This document shows, one piece after another, positions 37,401 through 49,400 of a stretch of DNA of 64,000 bases. Source of the DNA: Heterodontus francisci (Eukaryota); the NCBI RefSeq assembly GCF_036365525.1, contig NC_090399.1, forward strand, positions 13,019,558 through 13,083,557. The letters run 5' to 3'. The stretch's first letter is position 1, and each line of letters begins with the position of its first letter. Both the position numbers and the translations under genes were made by a program. Under the pieces are notes generated by a model that saw only the letters and a list, made by a program, of their open reading frames with translations, was not told the DNA's origin and ran no database searches.

Positions 37401-40400
37401 TTCATCCCTCCCTTGCAACTCTTGATTCACAATTATTTCTGGGATGTTATTTGTATCCTCTACAGTGAAGAGAGATGCAAAAAATCTGTTCAATTCCTCC
37501 GCCAGTTCCTTATTTTCTATTATTATTTCCCCAGACTCACTCTCTAGAGGACCAACACTCACTTTACTTATTCTTTTCCTTTTTAAATACCTGTAGAAAC
37601 TCTTACTATCTGTTTTTATGTTACTATCTAGTTTTCTCTCGTACTCTAATTTCTCTTTTAAGTCATTCTTTGCTTTTTAAAAAAATATTCTGTCCAATTT
37701 TCTGATGTGCCACTACTCTTGGCTGAACTGTATGCTTTTTCTTTCAGTCTGATGCTACCTTTAACTTCCTTAATTAGCCCCTAGTGTCTTTGTCTCACTG
37801 GAATGTATCTTTGCTGAGTGTTATGAAATATCTCCTTAAATGTCTGCCACTACATCGCTAATTTCCCAGTTAAGATTTCGAACTATTGCCAGGTTCCCAC
37901 ATTAAGAATGGCTATTTGGGTGAATTACCCAGGTGAGATGGCACCAACAGACTTACACCCAATAAGGAGTCAGTACCTTCAGGACAGGAGGGGAGAAAAC
38001 CGGCAACAGAAGTCAAACTTGTCGCCATTAACCAACACCATTTTTTTTTTTAAAAACACAAAAAAAATCTGGTCAATATCTCATTGCTGTATGTGGGAGC
38101 TTGCTGTGCACAAGTTGGCTGCCACACTTCCTACATCACAAGTCACTACATCTCAAAATTATTTCCTTGGCTTTAAAGCACTTTGGGAAAGTTCTGAAAT
38201 TGTGATATGTGCTTTAAACGCCAAGTTGTTCATTTCCAGATTGTTTGTTGGCTCTCATTCTCTCCAAATAGAAGTGACAAGAGTTTTGTTTTTGTTGAGG
38301 ACTGTACATAAATATAGTTGTGTGGCAGCTTGTTACATTTTAAAACCCTAGGATGTATGCCACCCAGGTCCAGGGGATTTGTCGACTTTTAGTCCTTTAA
38401 TTTCTGCTATAATTTGTCTTTTCTAATGTTACTTTAAGTTCCTCACTCTCTTTAGCTTCTTGATTCCCCATTTTTTTATTCGTTCATGGGATGTGGGTGT
38501 CACTGGCTAGGACAGCATTTATTGCCCATCCCTAATTGCCCTTGAGAAGGTGGTGGTGAGCTGCCTTCTTGAACTGCTACAGTCCATGTGGGGTAGCTCC
38601 ACCCACAGTGCCGTTAGGAAGGGAGTTCCAGGATTTTGACCCAGCGACAGTGAAGGAATGGCAATATAGTTCCAAGTCAGGATGATGTATGTATGTTTCT
38701 GGTATGTTTTGTGCATCTTCTACTGTGAAAACAGATAGAACATATTTAAAACCCCTGCCATTTCCTTATTCCCCATTATAATTTCTCCTGTCTCTGCCTC
38801 GAGTGTTTACTTTTGCTAATCTCTTTCTTTTCACATACTTGTAGAAGCTTTTATAATCTGTTTTTATATTTCTTGTTAGTTTACCCTTATACTGCATTTT
38901 CTCTCTCCAATATTTTGGTCACCCTTTGCTGATTTTCAAAAAACACTCCCAATCCTCAAGCTTACTACTTTTCTGGCATCATTGCAAACCTCTTCTTTTA
39001 ATCGAATACTGTCTTTAACTTCCCTAGTTAGCCATAGTTGTACCACTTTTCTAGTGGAGTTATTACTCCACAAAGGATTGTATATTCATTGAGAATTAAA
39101 AAGAAACTTGCATTTTTATAACGACCACTGGAGATCCCAAAGCACTTTGCAGCCAATGAAGTACTTTTGAAATGTAGTCACTGTTGTAATGGAGGAAACT
39201 CTGCAGCTAAACTACACACAGCAAGCTCCCATAAACAGTAATGTGGTAATGAGTAGATAATCTGTTTTTATGATATTGATTGAGGGATAAATATTGGCCT
39301 GGACACCAGGGAGAACTCTTTTGCTCTTCAGAATAGTACCATGGCATGTTTTACATCCACCCAAGAGCGCATATGGGGCCTTGGTTCAACACCTCCAACA
39401 GTGCGGCATTCCTTCAGCATTGCACTGGAGTCCACTTTGATCATTGCGCTCCAGTCCAGGAGTGGGAGTTGAACCCACAACTTTGCAACTCAACCCAGAG
39501 GCGAGAGTGCTACTAATTAAATCACAACTAACACATTATTTCTTGAAACGTTTGGCATCGCTTTTTACACATGGCCATAACTTTTAATAGGACTTCCCAA
39601 ACTATCTTAGCCAATTTGCTCCTCATACTTACGTAACTAGCTTTGTTTAAATTTAAACCCGAGTTTTGGAATTAAACACATCACCCTCAAATGCATTCTA
39701 CCATATTATGATACTTTCCCCCCCAGAGAACCCTTTATTTTAAGATTACTAACCCTGTCTCATTACACAATTCTAGATCTAAAAATGCAGTTCCCCAGTT
39801 GGTTCCTCGAATATGTTGTCCTAGAAAACTGTCTTAAATGCAGTCATCCTCGAAGTTACTTTTGCCAATTTAATTTGTCCAATTTATATGAAGATTGAAG
39901 TGCCGTATGAGTATTGCATTATCCTTGCTATATGCTCCTCCAATTTTTTGATTTATACTCTGTCCAACACTATAACGACTGTTAGGGAGCCTATAATCTA
40001 CTCTGTTCTTTGCCCTTTGTTATTTCTTAGCTCCAAATATACGGATTGTACAACCTGATTTTCTGAGCCAAGATCCTCTCTCATTACAGTCTTTATCTCT
40101 TCCTTTATCATCAGGGCTACTCCATCCTCCTTTTCCAATTTTGCCTCTCTTTTCTAAAAGTCAGGTAGCTTAGAATTTATTGCATATCCCAGAAGTCAGT
40201 GCGTAAAGATTGAAATCTGTGGGTCTTCTGTTCTTTACCCAAGTATTGATCTGCTTCCGAGAGTGACCACTGAACATGAAAAAACATCTTGTGTAAAACC
40301 CAAGCGTGTGTTTTTTAAAAACAAAGTTCATTGCTTACAGCTTCACAGTTGCCCCACTAATTGTGGATTCCCCTTTATAATGCAATCTCGTCCCCCAATA

Positions 40401-43400
40401 GTAGTTTTATGACATCTCAGTGATGACATTAAGGCAGTAAAATGACCTAACTGAATACTAATAAACCTAGAATCTCGTTGCTTGTGGTGTTTTAAAGTGC
40501 AGCAATATGGAGCTAGAATTCATTACCTTTTCTGTGTTTCTTTCAGATTCTGTGAAAACAAAGAATAAATTAGAATACAAGTACAAATACACAAGACCCA
40601 ATTTTTGCACAAGGTAAATGAAGTCAGTGTGGAGGAATTTTACATCAAACAATTAAAAAAAACGAATTCATAGGATGCAGGTATTGCTGGTAAGGCCAAT
40701 AAATGGCCATTTATAGTCCATCCTGAACAACTGGCTGGTTTACTTGGCCATTTCAGAGGGCAGTTAAGAGTCAACCCATTGCTGTGGGTTGGAGGTCACA
40801 CATAGGCCAGGCCGGGTAAGGATGGCAGATTTCCTTCCCTAAAGGATATTAACGTTTTAAGACAATCTGGTAGTTTTCATAGTCACCATTATGGATACTA
40901 GCTTTTTATTCCAGATTTATTTAATTAACTGCATTTAAATTCCCCTGCTGTGGTAGGACTTGAACTCATGTTTCTGCATCAGGAGTCCATGCCTCGGAAT
41001 TACTCGTCCAGTAACATAACCACTGTGCTACTGGATGCAGGTTCTATGTTCCAGCACTTTGCAAACTTCCCAACAACTCTATGTTTATGCTCCACATGAC
41101 CTCCTCTCCCACCTTCCTTTATCTAACCCTATGAGCATATCCTATTTATTTCCCCCTCGTGTGCTTATCTAGCTTCCCCTTAAATGTATCTATGCTATCG
41201 CCTCCCTGTGGTAGTGAGTTCCACCTTCTAACCACTCTCTGGGGAAAGGAGTTTCTCCTGAATCCCCTACTGGATTTATTAGTGTCTATCTTACATTTAT
41301 GGCCCCTAGTTCTGGCTTTGCCCACAAGTGGAATCATCTCAACATCTACCCCATCAAATCCTTTCATAATCTTAAAGACCTCTATCAGGTCCCCCTCAGT
41401 CTTCTATTTCCTACAGGATCAAAAGCCCCAACCTGTTCAATCTTTCCTGATAGGTCTAACCTCCCAATTCACTCAATCTGGTAAGGTTTCTGCAATGTGA
41501 ACTGATCAATGTTGTTGGGATATGTTTAAAATAGACATACTGCTCCCAGTGACATGTCAGCCGGTTGAGGTATGCATATATGGCGGGAAGTTTGCAGGTT
41601 CAATTGACCCTCTCATCCGTTCAGAGTTTGCCAATATCAGCCAAGCTGTAGGAGTACCTGGGGTTAACAAGCAAACATGGGAGGGGAGGTGTATTAGACC
41701 GTGTTCCCACCCCTGGTCACTGTGCCGAGGAGCAGATTGGAATTGACCAAGATGCCCACTACAGTTGCAGCAATAGAATCACACAGAATTCACAGCACAG
41801 AAATGGGCCTTGCAGCTCCTGTGGTTAGAAAATTTCCTTCTGGATCCCTTTAATAGATTCTTTATGGACCATCCGACAATTGCTGGCCCCTACTTTTTAA
41901 TTGCCCCACAAGGCTCAACCCTAAAGAATGGCCTCTTGTGAGAGATAGAGAGGGAATGGCTAACGCCCATGCAACTGCGCCCCAGCACGACTCAGTGCCA
42001 GTCTGAGGAGAACACTTTGTAATGGACGATGAAAGGACCGATAAGATGGGGACTGATTTACCAGTAGAAAGGTAATGTTGTCCTGCTGGTTTATTTCCTC
42101 CTCCACTGCCTTAATGCTGGCATCCAGCGAAGACAAATCTTTGGGGATCTGATCGATCTGCCGCTGTAACTGTGTGCTCTGTTGGTTCACCTCCATCTTC
42201 AGCTGCTGAAGTAGAGCAGACTCTTCCTTGTAAAGGAAACTGTGGAGCTCCTCAAAGCTTTTCTTGATGCTGTCCACTATATTCTGGGTCATATTCTAGG
42301 CCCAAACAAATAAATTCAGGTAAGTTTCCTCCTAAAAAAAAATAACATTTCATTCTGGATTCACAGCCTTGAACATCAGAATTTTACTTCAAAAGTACTC
42401 CTGATTCACTCCCCCAAAGGCAGAACTGTTATCAGCCCAACTAAACCATTCCTCCAACTAAGTATTGGGAAGATCAAAGCCATTGTCTTCAGTCTCAGCC
42501 ACTGCCTGTCTGGGGCTGAACCATACTGTTTGCAACCTTGGTGTCCTAGGTGACCACAAGCTAAGCTTCTGACCACATCTCTCTTCCATTACCAAGGTAC
42601 CTACTTCCACCTCTATAATTAATCACCCATCTCAACTCTACTCAGCCCATCTGCTGCTGAAACCCTCAGCCATGCTTTCGTTAATCACCAGACTAGTCTA
42701 TTCCAATGGGCTCCTGGCTAGACTCCCATCTTGCTAAAAACTTGAGCTCATCCAAAACTCTGCTGCCCATATCCTAACTCACATAAAGTCCTGTTCACCC
42801 ATCACCCCTGTACTTGTTGACCTACGCTGGCTTTCAGTCCAAAAACACCTCAATTTAAAAATTATTTTGTTCAAACCGCTCCGTAGCCTCATCCCTCCCC
42901 ATCTCTGCCACCTCCTCCAGTCCGACAATCCTGCAAGAACTCAGTGTTCCTCTAGCTCTGGCCTCTTATGCATCCCTAATTTTAATTGCTCCACCACTGG
43001 CAGCCTTCAGCCTTGTGGGTCCTAAGCCCTGGAATTCCCTCCTGAAATGGGATACAGGGGAATGTGGCAAGTTGGATCCAAAATTGGCTGAGTGACAGGA
43101 ACAAAGGGTAATGGTCAATGGATGTTTTTGCAAATGGAAAGTGGTTTCCAGTGGCAATCCACAGGGCTCAGTGTTGGGTCCCTTGCTGTTTGTGGTACAT
43201 ATTAATGATTTGGACTTAAATGTGGGAGGCACGAGTGGGAAATTTGCTGATGACACAAAAATTGGTGTAGTTGATAGTGAAGAGGATAGCTGTAGACTCC
43301 AGAATGATATCAATGGTTTGGTTGAGTGGGTGGAAAAGTCACAAATGGAATTCAATCTGGAGAAGTGTGAGGTAATGTATTTGGGGAGGGAAAACAAAGC

Positions 43401-46400
43401 AAGGAAATACACAATAAATAGGAGGATATTGAGAGGATTAGAGGAAGTGAGAGACCTTGGAGTGCATGTCCACAGGTCCCTGAAGGTGGCAGGACATGTG
43501 GACAGAGTGGTGAAGGAGGCATATGGAATGCTTTCCTTCATTGGCCGAGGTATAGAATACAAAAGCAGGGATGTAATGCTGGAACTGTATAAAACGCTGG
43601 TTAAGCCACACTGGAATATTGCGTACAGTTCTGGTCACCACATAACAAGGAGGACATAATTGCTCTGGAGAGAGTACAGAGGAGATTTACAAGAATGTTG
43701 CCAGGGTTTGAAAGATTGGATAGGCTAGGGTTGTTTTCCTTAGAACAGAGGAGGCTGATGGGTGACTTAACTGAGGTACAAAATTATGAGGGGCCTAGAT
43801 ACAGTAGATAGGAAGGACCAGTTTCCCCTAGCAGAGGTCAGTTACCAGGAGCACAGACTTAAGGTGATTGGTAGAAGGATTAGAGGGGACATGAGTAAAA
43901 ACCTTTTCACCCAGAGGGTGGTGGGTGTCTGGAATTCAATGTCAGGAACGGTGGTGGAGGCAGAAACCCTCAATTCTTTTAAAAGGTACCTGGACATGCA
44001 CCTGAAGTGCTGTAACCAGCAAGTCTATGGACCAGGTGCTGGACGGTGGGATTAGATTGGCTGGCTAGTTTTTTTTTTCCGGCTGGCACGGACACAACAG
44101 GCTGAATGACCTCCTTCAGTGCTGTAATTTTTCTATGGTTCCAGTTGGGAGCTTGCGTAGGATATTATGAGCAAGATAGCTGAAAAGACAATTTAAAAAA
44201 ATAATTCACAACATAAGGCGTCACTGACAGCCTATCCTGCGTTATCCGTGAGAAGGTGGTGGTGAGCCACCTTCTTGAACCACAGCAGTCTATGTGGTGA
44301 AGGTACTCCCATTATGGTGTTGCGCAAGGAATTCCAGGTCTCAACCCAATAACACTGAATGATCGGCGATATACGCTCAAGTCAGGATGGTGTGTGACTT
44401 GAAGGTGGTGGCGTTGCCATGCCCCTGCTGCTCATCTTTTTAGTGGCAAAGGTTGCAGTCTAAAAAGCCTTGGCGAATTGCTGAACTACAGCCTCTAGAT
44501 GCTATACACTTCTGCGATTGTGTGCCCGTAGTGCAAGAAGTGAATGTTTTAAGAGGGGGTCCCGATCAAGCGGACTGCTTTGTCCAGGATGGTGTTGAAC
44601 TTCTGGAAAACTATCTCAAATGATCGCAGGGCAAGGGGACACGAATGAAAGACAAATTTAAAAGGGAAATCATCAACATATGCAACAGACCTTCTGAGGA
44701 ATAGTGTAGGCAAAAAGCTTGAGTGATTTATCAAGACAGTGTAGGCTATTTCTGGATGGATAAGGCCAATCTTTCTTCAGATGTATCTACCTCAATCACA
44801 CGCAAATTATAGACTTCTTTTTAAAAAGAATATTTTGGAATACAATACGGGAGTAATTTGAGACAGGACATGGGGCAAATGTTGCATGCTTGAGGGGGAG
44901 AAAGGCGACTTTGGACCTATGGCTCTCAAAGCTCACATCCCTGGGAGTTTTCCTTGCCTCATATCTGGGTCTCTTGCAGACTAACTGACAAAAACTGCGT
45001 TATGGTTAGCCAACAATTTGATTATTTCTACAACATGCGACTACAAAGGCAGTGAACTAGATGGGTTTGGTCTTTCCTTATCCAACAATTCCCATGTACC
45101 TGGCAAGTCTCAACAGCATCACCAATACCAGTTAACCCCCTCCTACTGGTCTCTTAGCAGAAATATACATGAAGCAGGTTTTCAACAGAAAAATGCGAAA
45201 ATGTTTTAAAACCAAAAATCATGAAGGGTTGACATAAAATCGATAAAGAGAAACTGTTTCCAATGGTTGAAGGATTGATAACCAGATTTAAGGCAACGGG
45301 TATTAGAACCAGGGTGACAAGTGGAAAACTTTTTTCACGCAAGACGTGGTTAGGATTGGAACTGCACGGCCTGAAAGGGTGGTGGATACAAATTCAATAG
45401 TAGCCTTCAAAAGGGGATTGGATAAATACTTAAAAGGAAAAGAAAATGCAGGGATATGAAGAAAGAGCAGGAGAGTGAGACTATGTTGCTCTTCAGAAGA
45501 GCCAGTACAGATTCAATGGGTCGAATGGTTTCCTCCTTTGCTGTGCAATTCTATAATCCTAAAACACCACATACAGAAATGCAACTTGTATCAAGAGTTG
45601 GAAACAAAGCAGAGTCAAATCTCTGTGCAAGGTAATCTGTACAAGGCAATCTGTACAAGGCAAACTCACTTACCAAGATATCCCCCAGCAGGCCTTCATA
45701 TTTGCTTTTTGCTAGATTGCGCTTATCAATCAAGGTTTGCAGTTTGGTCACAGACTTCTGAAGTTGCGCCTAAGCAAAAAGATTAAAGCACAGTGTATTG
45801 AGGGCAGGCTGGAACAATAGATGCAGTGCTATCACAACAGGAATCTGGTGGGTTTATAAAAAAAAGTGACGTTAGTGCTCGGCTATGGAACTGTTCCAAA
45901 TTCGGACATCAAAAATCAGTGTCAATTACTCCTAGATCCTCAGCAGCACCAAATGTGACACCAGCCACCTCGTGACCTTTATGACTAATCACATAGCTCG
46001 AGTTAGTTTAATCACTCTACCACCCAGGTACAGAATCTTATTAAGAACATATACATAACACATCACGGAGTGGGCTGTCCGCTTAGATTGTTTGCTCAGT
46101 TCCTCGTGTGAGTCTCAAACTCCTGATTCAGAGGTCAGAGCACTATCAGCTAAGTCAAGCCAAATGAGTGATGTACCTGATGACTGCTGGCATGAATTAA
46201 ATGAATCCCAGTGTAAACCAGCACCTTTGAAGGGTGGGGGAAACCTGATGCAAACTGTTATCTGCTGGCGCTGGTTTGGGGAGATTGTGGGGGCATAAAA
46301 ACATAGAAAATAGGAGCAGGAGTAGGTCATTCGGCCCTTTGAGCCTGCTCCGCCATTCATTATGATCATGGCTGATCATCCAACTCAGTAACCTGTTGCC

Positions 46401-49400
46401 GCTTTTGCCCCATACCCTTTGATCCCTTTAGACCCAAGAGCTATATCGATTTGATTTGCCCAATCTATAGGCAGATTAAACTCACCCATAATTACAGATA
46501 CTCCTTTATCGAATGCATCTCTGATTTCCTGTTTAATGCCATTACCAACATCACCACTACAGTTTGGGGGCCTATATACAACCCCCACTAATGTTTTTTG
46601 CCCTTTAGTGTTTCTCAGCTCTACCCATACAGATTCCACATTATCAGAGCCAATATCTTTCCTCACTATTGCGTTAATTACCTCTTTAACCAGCAATGCA
46701 ACTCCAACACCTTTTGCATTTTGTCTGTCCTTCCTAAATACTGAATATCCCTAGATGTTCATTTCTCATCCCTGGTCACCTGACAGCCATGTCTCTGTAA
46801 TCCCGACTATATCATACCCGTTTACATCCATTTGCTCGATTAATTCATCCATGTTACTGCGAACGCTCCGCGCGTTAAGGCAAAAAGCCTTGAGGCTTGT
46901 CTTTTTAACAATACTTGTCCCCTTCCCACTATTTGTCACTGTGGCCCGGTTTGATTCTGGCCCTTGATTTCTATGCCTATCACTTTTCTTATTCCCCTTA
47001 TTGTCTTTTGTTCTTGTCTTTGATTCCCCCCTCCTCCAACTCCTTGCAAAGGTTCCCTTCCCACTGCCATTTTAGTTTAAACCCTCCCCAACCACTCTAG
47101 CAAATATTCCCCCTAGGACATCAGTCCCGGTCCTGCCCAGGCATAACCCGTCCAGTTTGTACTGGTCCCACCTCCCCCAGAACCAGTCCCAATGCCCCAG
47201 GCATCTAAAACCCTCCCCCCTCACACCACCTCTTCAGCCACATATTCACCCGATATATCCTATTTTTACACTGACTAGCACATGGCACTGGTAGTAATCC
47301 TGAGATCACTACCTTTGAGGTCCTAGTTTTTAAACTTACTTCCTAGCTCTCTATATTCTGCTTTTAGGATCTCATCCTTTTTTTTTTAACCTATGTCGTT
47401 TGTACCAATGTGTACCACGACCACTGGCTGTTCATCCTCCCCCTGCAGAATGTCCTGTAACTGTTCTGAGACATCTTGACCCTAGCACCAGGCAGGCAAC
47501 ATACCATCTTGGAGTCTCTTTTGCGGCTACAGAAACGCCTATCTATTCCCCTTACAATTGAATCCCCTAAAACTATTGCATTCCCACACATTTTACTCCT
47601 CCCCTGTGAAGCAGAGTCAACCGTGGTACAACGAATTGGGCTGTTGCTGCTTTCCTGAGAGGCCGATTCCCCCCCAACAGTATCCAAAGCAGTATACCTG
47701 TTTTGCAGGGGAATAGCCACAGGAGATTCCTGAACTGCCTGCCTAGTCCTCCTGCTCTGCCTGGCGTATCATACTTGGTACCTTGAACTCTTCAGCAGCC
47801 TCCTGTACATTGAGAACATCGTGATGCAAGTGCTTCCTCGAGTCCCGGCAGTCCAGGCAGATAACCTCGCAGTCAGTGACACAAAAGCGTTCCATTTTCT
47901 TCCGGTGCTCCGGACAGGTGTGGCGACTGGGTACATTCTCCTCTAGCCGCGCGTGCTCTTTGCAGATCGTTGCCACGACGTTTGAGAGCTTGCGGTTACT
48001 CTTCAAAGTACTCGACGTAGAGACAGCTGAGCAAGTTGCGCAAATCGACTGACCCTGCTGGTCCCAGTGTTTGGTGATGCAGTCCCTGTGAACAAAGAAG
48101 ATGACTACAATATGGAGTACAGACACTAATTCAGCTCTCAGGGTTTTCTTAAAAGTATTTTTAGACTCAGGCAATGGAAAGACAAATAAGGAATCTTCCA
48201 GACTTTTACATCTGTAAGCTGCTGAAGCACATCCCAAGAAGCAATGTGAAAAGACAGACTTGCGTTTATATAGCGCCTTTCACGGCCTCAGCATGTCCCA
48301 ATGCACTTTACTTTCAATGAAATACCTTTGAAGTAGAGTCACTGTCGTAACATGGGATGTGCAGCAGCCAATTTGTGCACAGCAAGCTCCCAGAAACGAG
48401 GAGATAATGTTTGAGTGATGTTAGTTTGAGGAATAAATATTGGCCCAGGACACTGGGAAGTACTCCCCTACTCCGTGGGATCTTTATACGGCAACCCAAG
48501 GGAGGGATCCGATGGACGGCACCTCCAGCAGGTTAACACTCCCTCAGTATTGCACTAAAGAGTCAGGTGGATTTGCAGCTCAACCCATAACCTTCAGAGG
48601 AAACGGTGCTGCCACTGAGCCACATGTGACATTTAGGCAAGTCAAACAAAGTCTGGTTCTCATCGATGTGTATTATTTTGAGCTGTGAATGCTAACATGC
48701 CTCAGACATCCAAGTCAGGAGTTTTAAAAAGACTTGCATTTATATAGCACTTTTCACTAATTCAGGACATATCAAAGTGCTTTACAGCCAATGAAATACT
48801 ATATGAAGTGTCGTTCACTATTATAATGTAGGAAACGCAGCAACCAATTTGCGTACAGTAAGCTCCCACAAACAGCAGTGTGACAATGATCAGATAATGT
48901 TTTTAAAATTTTGATTGAAGGGGAAATATTGGCCAGGACAATGGGGTTAACTGCTTTGGTTTTCTTCAAGATAGTACTGTGGGATCTTTTACATCCACCC
49001 GAGAAGGCAGACAGAGCCACAACTTAATATCTCATCTGAAATACGGCACCTCCAATACTTCAGCACCGGCAGCGGCGGCCTAGATTTTTGTGCTCAAGTC
49101 TCTGGAGTGAGACTTGAATCCACAACCTTTTTACTCAGGCAAGTGTGTTACCAACTGAGTCATGGCTGACACCAAATAAGGCAACCATAAAAGAAATGCC
49201 CATTCCAAATTTCCAGGCATAGAGAATTCCCATGGGATTGGGCAAGTACAAGGGCAAATAGCTGAGTGCTGCTGAGGCTTCATAAGCCAGGAGCTACACA
49301 TTGAACCATATCATGTAGTTCAGACACTAAAGACTGTTATTAACTCTTGCAGTACTTGCCTGAATGCTACTGGGATTCTGGGGGATGCACATCAATGCAG

